Positions 1 to 12,500 of a stretch of 64,000 nucleotides of DNA are shown piece after piece. The notes under the pieces were generated by a model. It was not told the DNA's origin, made no database searches, and was given only the letters and a program-made list of their open reading frames with translations. This DNA is from Monocercomonoides exilis PA203. Lineage: Eukaryota; Protista; Preaxostyla. Every line of letters starts with the position of its first letter. Within the stretch, counting starts at the first letter, position 1. Where the stretch lies: NCBI GenBank assembly GCA_001643675.2, contig LSRY02000013.1:1054001-1118000 (forward strand), read 5' to 3'. Position numbers and translations under genes: made by a program.

Positions 1-252
1 TTCATCAATCATTTTGTCCATTTTATCGAACATTTCTTTTGTGAAAGTCCAAAAAAATTCATTTCCATCCATTTCATCAATCACTTCATTCAGTTCTTCA
101 ATTTTCTGTTTTTGATCTTCCTCTCTGCAATGCTCCAGTTCAGAAAATAATTCTTTTATGAAAAAAATAAAGAAAAAATTCGACAATCAAAAATTCAAAT
201 GCAGCTTAAATTGAAGACCTGTGAACTTTTTTGTGTTGTTCTTCTCCTGCAT
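1..252 (-). CDS. 5' part of a lineage-specific helical (ARM-like) family gene, running off the window edge
   Basis: The minus strand gives ELFSELEHCREEDQKQKIEELNEVIDEMDGNEFFWTFTKEMFDKMDKMIDE, matching the N-terminus of ORF 22029..22553. A probable short first exon starts at ATG 252. Confidence 0.65.
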
Positions 253-1007
253 TTTTGAAAACAGAATGAGTGTGGAAAATAACAACATTATAATCATTCA
301 CGTTGAATTCGCATATGAACAGATGGAAGAAATTGGTGGAAAAAAATTATCAAAATAGAAATGAAAAAATGAATGTTCATACAATGTCTTTTTTCATTTG
401 CATTTTTTGAGAAGCTGTATCAAAGAGAAACAACACAATATCTTTTCAGGATTATTGTTACGGATCCTTTGATCAAAAGAAATATTTTGTGCAAGAATTG
501 CAACAGGCCTAATGTGAAAATGATGAATGAATAATTGATGCAAAATGGGCTGTTTCAAACTTGGTGGAACGATACAGCGAAGGAGGGATATCGTTGATGG
601 AATTGTTTGAAATGATTTTTAAGAAAAGCATCTCACAAAGAAATTCAACAATTTTTCAAAAATCATAATATCTGCATGTATGCATTCTTTATTGTTCTTG
701 TTCATTTTGAAAATGTTTCCATCTGTGGCCTTCTCAGGGTGCAAGAATCAGATAAATGACGTCAATGAACAATCTTTTGCCTTTCTGAGGTGAGCATCAG
801 AAGAGAGTCGGATGCTGAGATACAATCGACAGATGGGAATTGCATATTTTCCTTATTCAATTGAGAGATGAGAAGAAAAACAAATTCGATTTCAAAGAAT
901 ATGGATGAAGTTGAAAGAAGAAGATTCCCAACAATTGAACAGCACTTGAAAAGAAAAAATAATTTTCTTGGGGGAAAAAAGTGGATGACAACATCGAAAA
1001 CAGGATA

Positions 1008-3250
1008 CCATCGTTCTTAAACCCGGTTCTTTTTCTAAAACTGGGGAATATTCTTCTATGATAATTCACACAAAATTTCCTTAAGTTTAAAGTGAATTTT
1101 GATTATATTTTTTGAATAAAAAATCAAAACATCCTGATTAATAACAATCTTTATATTTAATCATGAAAAAGTTAAAACACACACACTTTTTCAAGAAGTT
1201 AATTGAATTGGATTGAACAGTAAAAATCTAAATAGTACTGAAATTCTTCGCAAAGTTTGCATCATCATCGTACGAAATTAAAAGTCGCTTTTTCTTAACT
1301 TTTCTTTCTCTCAATTCATATATGTTTAATGTTTTCTCATAATTCAAACTCTTTTGATTTGGCTCATTTATGTTGCTCAGCAATTTCCTTAACTGATTTC
1401 TGGATTGTTTTACTTTTTTCGTGCGCATTTTCACAGGAATGCTGTCATCCTTTCTGTCTTGAAAATTTGAAACAGATGTTTCCTCGCTTTCTACTGGCTT
1501 CATGTTGCTGCGATCCATATGGCATGTTCTTGTTTTTATCCTTTTGTTTGTGAGAGAAAATTTTCCAAACAACTCCGAGTCCCAGTTTGATTTTTTTTTC
1601 TATTCTCTGCGAAATGGGTGAACCAGAAACTCTTGACAGAACAGGTGCTGCCATCACAGGCCAAATACCAGTTTTCTGAAACGCGCTTTTTATTGTTGAT
1701 GGAGATGTTGAAGAAGTGAGTGCTTCAGGAAGAACTTTTGCTAATTCACTTCGAAATGAAGAGGAAGAATGTGGTTGCGGTGGGTTGAAATTGTCATTAA
1801 AAATCTTTTTAAATCTTGCAAATATGCTGCTGTCGCATGGCTGAAGAAGATGAGTGAGATTTGGAGGAAATCTCATCATTATTATTCCTTGTTTATCTGT
1901 GCATTTCTCAATTTTTTCATTGATGTGAGAAGGATGGTTATCAAGAAGGAAAACAGCTTTTGGCATATTTAAGAGTTTCATTTTTGTTTTAATCGAAGGA
2001 ATCCAATGGGAAATCATGATCGTTTCAAAGATTGATGAATTTATCCATCCCGAAGATGATGAGATAAAACGTATGTTGAATGACGTTAGGGTTCGAAATT
2101 CTACTGGAAGCTTTCGACTGGAATACAGAAGAAAAGAAGGCAAAGACGATCCATCAGCACAAACACAAACACAAAGAGTCGAATTTGTTATTTTGTTGGG
2201 AATTGGATGTGACGGAGGAATTTGATTTCTTAAACACACGCACAGCTTGCATGAGCTTTCTCCGCATCTCAAAGACGTTTCATCGAAATAAAATATACCG
2301 TTTTCACCTATTTTGAATGTATCCAAAACATTTTTGAATCGATCAAACCATTTACGGATACCATCTGGTGACTGTGCCAACATTTTGGATCGTTCCATCT
2401 GTTTGGATAATGCAGATTTGAGTATTTTGTTATGATCGATCAAATAATATGCAGCTGAAATACATGGAAATTTTATTTTTGTTTTTTCTTTAGAGTTTTC
2501 TTCATAATAATCTGACATCTGAATAATAAAAAAAAATTAAAAGAAATATGAAATTTACATTTCAAACCATTTTGTAGATATCTTTTTCTCGAACAACCTT
2601 CCCTTCTGACAGCATAACAAGTGTTTTGTTTTCTATTGTTTCAATCATTGAGTCTGTAATAATGGAAGGTCTACCATTGATTCCCACTTCTCTGTTATTC
2701 TTCTGGGCATTCACTCCTCGATACCAAGAGCCTTTTGAAATTATTCCAGATCCTATTGCCACATGAGGTGACACAACATTATTCTTTTTGATTTCAAAAA
2801 TTTTCTTTGAAATGCTGCCCAATTTCCTAATTTCAGTACATGCCAATTTTTTTTGAAGGTCTGATGCAGAAAGTTCGCAATGGTTTGTCATTTTTATGGT
2901 TTTGATCTTTCGATTAAAATAATGAAAATTTCAAAAAGGAAATGAAAATCATTCGATCAAATATGTTTCATCATAAATAAATTTCATATAATCAATCTTA
3001 GAATATTTCTTCATGTTTCACAATTTGCAATTTTGTTGTTTGTCTTCTCTGAAATATTTCGTTGTTTCTTCAATTTTTAGGCAATCATTGACATAAAATT
3101 AAAAAATACAATGAAATCCAACTGTTTGAATTTTGAGAACGATTATCTGAAATTGGATGAACAAATTTCAGGAATGATTGCGAAATAAAAATGTGATATA
3201 TTTTTGTTTAGTCCGGGTATTAGAAAAAGTACCGGGTTTTTGAACGATGG
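1008..3250 (-). mobile_element. pogo/Fot1-like (Tc1/mariner-related) DNA transposon, copy A, 2243 bp
   Basis: Imperfect TIRs ccatcgttc(tt/aa)aaacccggt(t/a)ctttttctaa start at 1008 and end at 3250. TA duplications lie at 1006-1007 and 3251-3252. The element encloses a DDE transposase. Confidence 0.9.
1228..2891 (-). CDS. DDE_1 (pogo-like, DD35D) transposase; two exons, with an apparent frameshift near the C-terminus
   Basis: Exon 1 is 2891-2568 (108 codons), followed by a GT-AG intron at 2567-2519 and exon 2 from 2518. Motifs are FYFDET, LLDNHPSH and HLLQPCD, with 35 residues between D2 and D3. The frame shifts at the T-run near 1592-1599; the alternative frame reads WDSELFG, like DWREELFG in copy B. 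Confidence 0.88.
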
Positions 3251-4327
3251 TAATTCTGTGGGGAAAAAGGATGATGGAGAAAGGAGCACAGGAAAACAAT
3301 GGAAAAGGAGTTAACAGTATCAGTGATTGGACAATCCTCTGCATTTGCAATATGAAGAGGGCATGCGTGTTCATTTGAGGAATTTTTTTCTTCAACGCAA
3401 AACCAATTATTTTTTATGTATTTTTTTAAAAATTATTATTCCATTAAACCAACAGAATTTTTTATTTTGAACGTCATTCCCAGGAGACAATTCATCGAAA
3501 GTTGCATTTTTGTGGATTTAATGGTTTCTTTTCAGTCTCATTCTCCTTCGATTTCTTCATTAAAGATATTTTTTTTTTTGCAAAGCTGGTGGAAAGAAGG
3601 TCTCCTTCGTATTTGAGAATTTGTTGTTTAAATAGCCATCAAATTCTCACGGTGCAACATATAATTAATCTTCCTTCTGTTGTTGCTGTTGGATGTTATA
3701 AAATTTGAATCTGTTCATAATGAATGCATTTTCTTCAGATGAGTCTTGTTCGCCTTTGTTGTTTTGCTATTTCTGAGGAGCATCATCGAACTCATTTCTT
3801 TTCATTTCCCTATCAGATTCTTCTTCTCCCCCTCCTCGTCATTTTTCTTCATTTTCTTCTTGATTTTTCCATTTTCATCAATTTTGTCGATTTCTGTCAC
3901 TTCTTTAATTCATCATCAATCTTCTGATATAGTTTAGTCCAACAATTCAACAATTCCACCATTTGAACCAAAAATAATTTCTTTTCGCTTTCCTTCCTCC
4001 GGGCAGATCGATTAATGTGTGGGTCTTCATTTCATTTTTCATTCACAATTCTGATGGGAAAATGTCATCTGTTCACATCCATTTCATTTCATTTCATTTT
4101 ATCAACTTCTTCTTCAACTCCTCAACAGACAACAAAAATTGGTGTTTTTTCCACTTCATTCAATTCCACTCGAATTCAACAATGTTCTTTATCTTTCATT
4201 TCTTTTCATCCACACATAATGAATATTCATTCTATCACATTATTTCAGACGAAAATGAATGAAAATGGAAATGATTCTTTGTTTATTGAGAAAAGTTGAC
4301 CAAAAGGCGTGCAACAAGGAATGGAGA

Positions 4328-5080
4328 TCAACCCTGACTTTTTTCATGTGGAAGATTAATGAGGTCCAGTTGAAAAGAACTTGATATCAAAACAATTCTT
4401 GGACAAAATAAATGATTGAAATGATCTTCTTCAGATTTCACATAAAGCGAGATTAAAACTTGTCTCAGAAGATGAATCGATGAAGGAAAATGATTTGGAC
4501 GAACGTTCATTTTAGAATGATATTTCTGTGAAACAACTGAATTCACAGCAGACATCTTATAATTAATCCTCATATGCGCTTTAAAGACAATTTCTTCTTT
4601 CTTGTGTGCCATCTCCACGACTTTCATCGACTTTGCCTTCATTTTGCACATGACTTCAATATATATCAGTGCATCTGATAATATCAGCCCTGTGAACTTC
4701 ACCTTCCTCAGAAGACAAATATCGTTGAGCGTGTTCTTGCAAGGAGTCTTTTTCAACTCGCAATATATTACTTTCATTCCAAGAGTGCCTTCCACATTTT
4801 CATTAATAGATACATATCCATTGAGAAAAACAAACAGTTCAACATTCCAGCATCTGAATATTTCTGTTCAGTCATGTCTAACAACAGAATTTTCTTTCTG
4901 AGTGATGTTTCTCATGAAAGCAATGGAAGAATCTTTCACAGAAGTGAAAAGGGATTCACACACATAATGCACACCTCTTCATCCTCCTCCTTCTCTCACC
5001 AACTGGCTCATGCTGAATCAAATGAACTTTGGATGAAAAAGAAAGTGTGTATATCCAGTGGTAGTTTGTTATTTATGTGA
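4328..5080 (-). pseudogene. Probable degenerate fragment of a lineage-specific gene family
   Basis: A 155-aa ORF with coding-like composition, flanked by broken frames; no recognisable motif. Confidence 0.25.
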
Positions 5081-6507
5081 TGATGAGACAATACTTCTCG
5101 TTGTGCAGTTGATGATGAGAAAGCCAGAAGCTAGGAAGAAGAAGCAGAAGAACAAAGAGGTTATGCAGAAGAATAAAAGTGAAATCCTTTTGTGGAAGGG
5201 AAGCAACTGAAAATGCACTATAAAAAGAAATTGGATGGAAAGAAAATGGAGAATATTGGATGAAGGAAGAACTAAGAGGATGGAGAAAAAAATCAGATCA
5301 TTTGATCAGGAGAAGAGAAAGAGAAGATAAGATTGAGTCATTTATTGTTTTTGGTGGTATTTGTTTTATCAATAATTCCATTCTCATTTATTTTTTTGGA
5401 ATTGTTGAGCCTCACGACTTGAATGGTGATTTTGTTGTTCCGTTTGAGTTGGAGGAAAAACTTCAAAAATCTTCTCTCTCAAATAGTTATTGAAGTCAAA
5501 ATAATTATTATAGAATGACAAAATATTTTTTTTTTTAATTGAATCAATCAAAGTTTCGGATTTTGTTTATTTTCTGGCTCAAATTGAACACTTTATTGCT
5601 TTGGATTTATTTCACAGGTTGGTTAAGAACAGATGAAAAAGTGGAATATGTTATTATTTGTCTCGGAGATCTCTCAAAAGATTATCAGAATCTGTTTGTT
5701 TGCAGCAGAAACATGCTTGATGAATTATCGTGATGCATTTTATATTCATTTGTTGAAAGAATTGAAAAATGATATTTCTTCTCCAAAAATTCAGTGGATG
5801 AATACAAACATGAAATGAATTTGAAATACAAACAATTGAATTACAAAAATTCTTGTGAGGTACATGAATATATACACATGTGAAGAACAAGAAACAACGA
5901 AAAAGGCTGGCTATCAAAAAATGAAGAACGAAAACAAAAGTGAGAAAAAACAAATTCAACTGGAATTATTTGAACAGAATTGAAACAAAACGGAACAATA
6001 CAAATACAAATGGTGAAAACTATTGGAAAAAGAAAAAATTGTGATAATTTCAATATTTGTCTCTGCATGAAGCAGCTGCAGCCATAATAAAAAATCAGAG
6101 TTACGATTTTTTAGAAAAAAATAAGGATTAAGAAAACAATAAAAACAATCCATTTCAAAATCGATAAACTTCAAAAAAAAATGATGAAAAATCTTATTCA
6201 TTAACCAAAAATAACAAAAGCCAGCTTTAAATATTCTATAGAACAACTATTATCATAATTCACAGTTGCGGCAACTCCATCCGCATGATTGCCACACTGC
6301 TTTTTTTCTTTTTCTTTTTCTTTTTCACGGTATTCCTTTTTATTTCTTCACTCCTTATTCATCTCGCTGCTTCCTTTGTTCTGCTTTGTGAATATCGTCA
6401 AAAATTCATTTCACCAATATATCAACCAATCAACTCGAACAGAAACCACCACTTCCAACATCCACATATGGTGAATGCTTTCTATTCTCAGTCTGTGCGT
6501 GATCATC

Positions 6508-9500
6508 TCACTCCTTCATTAAACCAAGAATGCTCCCTTCTGATATTGTCCCGCTTGCCCGGTTTCCATTGTCTGTCTCTCTGCTGATGTCTATCGCATC
6601 TGAAACAGTGAGCATCACAGCTCCAGCTGGGAAATGTTGGATGAATTCTCTTTTCAGCTCGACAAGTGTCGGCCTATTTCCGCCATCTTCCAACAAGCAC
6701 CTCTCCGAAATCGCTCCCATTGACAGCTCTCGAACGCATTCAACTTTTGGTCTCTCCCCATTCACTATCTTCTGTCCAGCCACCTCAGCTTCATAATCTC
6801 CGAACGGGATCTGGAGTGTCAGGCACTCCCACAGTATCATCCCGATCGAGAATGAAACTGACTCTTTTGATGCCCCCATGTTCTTGTTGATCAGCAGCTC
6901 TGGTGCCTTCCACCTCAAACACTCTTTTTTGAAAAGTCCCTCATCCTCAAAGGCGGATGAAGGAAGGGAGTCATCTTCATCATCATCATCATCACTGACA
7001 GATGTGACAATAGTTGATGATGAGATCGATGATGAATCTGAATCATCAGAAGAAAGGAAATCGGAATGCATCACGATGCAGATGACCATGTGTTCGGAGA
7101 ACAACACAATGTGAGGACTCAGATTGGCAAGTGACTGAAGTGGATTTTCCATTTCATCAAATGAGTGAAGTGCAAGATTAGCCACCCAGAACAGGATCTG
7201 AGCAGCTGTCTGTTCCCTCTCCTGAAGAGTGCCAATCGCCATCTCCTTTGTTTTGTTCCTTCCATGAAGTAACATGAACAGCGAATCCCTCAGATCCGCA
7301 ATCAGCTTCTCGTGAGGAGATGAACAGGCCATTGCATCCACCAGATTCGACATCGATGAGGTGGTCGGGCACAGACTCTCCGATCGAACAAAAGTGGACT
7401 CTGTGTCTGAAGTGTCTGTGGATGAAGTGGATGAAATAGATGGAGAAGGAGTTCTTTTTTGTGTCTCCTCATCAACTTTTTCCAGTATCCATTGAGGAAT
7501 CTTATCTGAATCCTTTCCCAAGATATATTCAGTCGATCCACTTTCAGCCAGCAAGTGTTCTGACGATTCTGAATGCTGAAGGCTTTTCGCATATACCCTC
7601 TTCTTGATCCTCTCTTCGTTTTTCTTCTCAGCCTCCCTCTCTGCTCTCCTCCACTGCTCTTCTGGAGACATCTCCATCGTCACCATCTCAAATGCCTTTG
7701 GATCCTTTCTGATGTTATCATTCACAATCTCTCTCAGCTCTTTGTTCTCATTCTTTGCATTTCTCCATCTAATTGTAGAAATAACCGCAATAATTAAAAT
7801 GAGGAGAAGCACAAAAGCCATTATAATCACAATTAGCAACCAAAAAGATTTTCTTTCTTTTCCTCCTTCAACAATTCTTTCATCTCCATCCTCCTTGGAC
7901 TCACTTCTGTTCTTCAGTATCTGTGGTGAAGTCGCAGCCAATTGCTTCCCAAACAGAATCATCACAGAAACCTCTGTTTCATCTGCAATCGAATGTATAT
8001 TTTCTGAAGGGATTGTTCCAATCACTTCATCTTCAGACACAAAACTGTTTTCATCAAAGGGATATGTCTCAACCAACTCCACATCCCTTGTTTTATACAC
8101 CAGTCTGAATGACAAATCACAAGGAAGAAGAAGTGCTCCCTTGAATTTGATAAAAATGTTGCTTTCATTTTCATTCACAGAAACATCTTCCAGTCTGGGA
8201 ATGAAAAATGGAGATGGTCTTTCTCCTGCTATTCCACTAAGGGTGCATCCATCATTCAGAATCCAAAGAGAAGAGTTATCTTTCACTCCATCTCCTCCTT
8301 TCAAACTGGAAATGGTCAGTGAAGCAGAATCAGAGCAAATGATGTTTCGATGAAGAGAGGGATATTTCTGAACAAAAGGATTGTTGTTCAAAAACTCACC
8401 TTTCTCAATTGTCACATTGCCAGCAGATATGGACAATCCTCCTGACGAAGAATTCGATATTGTCGCATAATTCATTATCAGCGAAGTGTTCGCTGAATGA
8501 ACAAGAGATTCATTCCATTTGCATATTTCTTCAAAAGAATTAATTCTGTCATTTTCCCTTTCTTTCTCAAGAACTCCAATAAATCGACACAACTCCAAAA
8601 AAACACTCGTTGCATTGCTCACTTGGATTATGCTCCCTTTTTCAGACAATGAAATGCAATTCGTGCAAGTGCAGTTTGAAAGTGTAACTTGAGCAGAAGT
8701 TGAAGAAACAGAGAGAACAGAAGATCCTCCTGAATTCCTTGAGCAGTTGTTGAATGAGGATATTCCAATCGAAATTGTTCCTGAATTCGAACCATGAATC
8801 GCAATGATGCATCCTTCAGACAGCTTCACTTCATCAGCCACAACCCAATTAAATGCAACTTCTTTGCACTGCCCAATCTCAAATACATTTGATGTTGATT
8901 CAATCTGTTCCAGTCTGAAATTTGTGATGTTGATCTCATCTCCATTTAGCAGAAAAGCTGACTTCTTGAACGAAAGGAGTGACACTGAGCAGTTATCAAC
9001 ATGAAGAATTCCATTTCCAATGCTCAGCAAAGTTGAGTTGAGAGCAACAGATGGAATGCTGTTTGACTCCACAATTGAAGAGAAATCAACAATTGAAAGA
9101 GAAAGCTGTCCACTTGCTTCATTAATGATTGAACTTCCAGAATAACAAAATGACTTCCCAAAGTTGAATTTCAACTTCTCAATCCGAACATTCTCTGAAG
9201 TTGTGATAAGACTTCCCTCGCCTGTTATTGTTGAGTTCAGATGAACCAAAGCAGCTGTGGGAGATTGAAGTGAGCGGATGATCACATCCTTCGCTTCGCA
9301 TTCTCCATTGATGATCGTCTCCTTTGAGATTAGCAGCTGCGAATATGATGAAGGAATGATGTGTTGAACTCCCGTATCCAATGATTGACAAGTCATGCTG
9401 AACTCTCCGCATTGCCTGCTGTCTTCCGAGTTTTCATCAGCAGAAGACACAAATATCGTCTCACTCTGGTATCTCACGACTCTCAGCAGAAGATCTTCTT

Positions 9501-12500
9501 CTCCCACAAACGAGTCTGTTATGCAGCCCCACATTGCAAGCTCCTTCACAAAAGGTGCTCTGAAATCCAGCAAGAATTGTTCGTCAATTATTTGTGAATC
9601 GATTGAGTGGCATCTCACATACACATCCCTCCCTCTCAATGCAGAGTTGTCTTTGAATGTGATATTCGAAAGGACAAAGTTCAGAGGCTGCTCAACTGTC
9701 GAGGTGCATTCCAGAAACAACCACCCACCTCTTCCTGTTGTTGAGCAGAAGCACTCAGAAATCGTGCAAAATGAGCATTCAAACTTTCCTCCCTCATTCA
9801 ACCCACAGAACATCCCTCCTCCCTTTCTACACTTCAGCCCTCCGCACTTCTTCATCGTTGTGTTTCGAATCACCATTTTCAGTGGATCATCATCGTTGGC
9901 ATTTCGAATGATGGGAATATCATTGGTTGTGTTCTGAGTGACTTCTTCGAATACACTCCACTCAATTACAACATCTTGCTCCACTTCATTTTTTTCTCTT
10001 CTTGAACTCTTTGAAATGCTCAAACCGCTTGCTCCATCCAGCTCAACATTCTTCATTGTCGAGTTCTTAATGTTCAAAATCGTTGAAGATAACACAGAAA
10101 TAACATCTTTTGAAAAGCTGAGTGATTGGACTTTGGCAAATTCTAATTGAGCTGTGCCTCCATCTGCCTTAATCAGGCCATAGTTAATTATTTCTTCTCC
10201 GCTTTCTTCATTTTTTGTGAACGAACAGTCTTTCAGAGTCAACAATCCTTCACTTGATCCAACATGCATTAAATAACTGACTCCACCTGTGAAAGAATAT
10301 GGAATCATAAAGCGAATCAGTTCGAAATTTGTTATTCCAGATATCTTCATTACAGCTTCTTCTGATCCTTCAAGCGATGAATAACATTCCAAAGAGCATA
10401 TGCTGCTATTATCCGATTTCACTGAAATTCCACTGAGATCAACGCATTTCTGAAGAATTCCTTTTCCAATGATGGTTATATTCCTTTCATTTCCTTCTTG
10501 CAGTCTTGTCAACGAATGATCGATAGACAGGCATGGATAATCTGAGAATCCACACGCACCCATATCTTTTCCTTTGCCTCCAATAAATACCTGTGTGCCA
10601 AGTGAAAGCCAAAAATACACCAGTGGAATGGAATTCGTTGTATCGCTTCCATCAAAGCCTCTCATTGAATCCAAGGAAATATCAACCAGATTCCCAGATA
10701 CAAATGGAAGTGAGGTGTTTGTGATGCTCTTTGTCAAGTCGGTTGAATCAACAAAAAGATCGTTTCCATATTTCGCTGAATTTGGTTTGCTTGTATCAAA
10801 AATGGGTGATGATATCACAAACAAAGAATAGTCATCAATCAGCTTCAGTGCCATCCCTCCACCAAAGCCCGTCTTTTCTTCTTCTCCAGTTGGTGCTGTG
10901 CATTCTGTGAATATGCATGAAATAATGTTCAATTGAGTGTTCCCTTTCAGCTGAGCATTGATTGCCCCTCCTCTGCTTTCATCTTCCAACACAGAGCATC
11001 CATCAAAATCGCATTCTTCAATATTTATTTCACCATTGGAATTTTCATCGTTGCTATTATCAATGCTCACACAGCCTCCACTTCCAGCTGCTCTTTCTAT
11101 TCCTGTGAAATAGCAGTTCGTCATGTTCAACCACAGAGTGCTCATCAACTCGGTATTTGTTCCACTTCCAGACAATGAGATCAATGGATTTCCACTCAAA
11201 TCAATCGATGAAGCAGAAAACGAATCAACATACAAGGTTCCAGACTCAACTGATAAGAATAGCAACGCCAATTCGGATAAAGGATTTTGAAGAGAAAGAG
11301 AACAATGAGATAAAGTCAGTCGTGAAGATGAAGAAATTAAAGTGGAGTGTGATGAAAGAGAAGGAGGAAGAGAAAAGATAAGTGTTGACAATTCTGTTTC
11401 AGTACTTGCTGTTATCATCGATGAAATGGATGTTGAACTTGAATCAGAGACTGTCCAGCCACTTTGATCATCATTTCCTCTGATTTCATGTTTCTGTCCA
11501 GCAAATGCCAATTCATCGCTCATCGAAATCATTTCACTCACAACAACTTTCTTTGTTCCTGTCAACCGTGTGAGAGAGTGCTTCAAAGTCAAACAAGGGA
11601 ATTGGACTATTCCACAGTGTGAATGATCACATGCCTCTAAGTTGCTCACAAAGATTTCTTCTGGAGTCGGAAGGAGATAAATGCACAGAGGAATGGCCAA
11701 ACTGTTGTTTCCATTTTCATATCCTCTCACCTTGTCAGCAGTATCTGACGATGCCGTAACACACGAGATCTTTTCTGATTTTGTAGTCACTTCCAGATTG
11801 GGTGAAAAGACGAAGATGTCGCTTCCCCACTTGGCTGTATTTGTCCCAAAGGAAGAAGAGATCAAGAAATTGGGATTTTCATTCAATAATCGAAGAAGGA
11901 TTCCTCCCCCAAAACCATCTGTTGCTGAGCAAAAGCACCCATCGAAAGATCCACCTTCCACTTTCACTTCATTTGCTTCTCCCACACACAGCATCATCGA
12001 TCCTCCATTTTCTGAACTTGTGCTTCCACAACCTTCGAATGAACAAGAATCCAGATCGATATTTGCCTTATCATTAGAAAACGACATCACAGCTGCTCCA
12101 CTGTTTGTTCTTTCAATTCCACTGAAGGCACATTCTGAAAGTGTCAATGAAATTTCGTTTGTCGAAGAAAGCGAAAACAACGAAAAAGTGGAAATGGTCT
12201 TTGCCCAGTTCACATTTTCCATCTGAAACATCCCACTCTGAACATTAATAAGCTCAGTGGTGAACGCTGTTTCTGTTGATTGTCCGCTCCCAATAGATAT
12301 GTTCAATCCACTTATATGCATCTCTCCTGCTCCTGTAATCTCAAACAGCCTTGACCCACAGTTATTCGGATGAACCGAGTCATGCACAAGGATAAAATCT
12401 CTGACAGTCAACTTTCCTGTGGAGACTGAAAACAGAGATAAATCTGATGCTTCAAATTCTATTTGAACTGTTGAACTCAAATCACTTTGGCCATATATCG

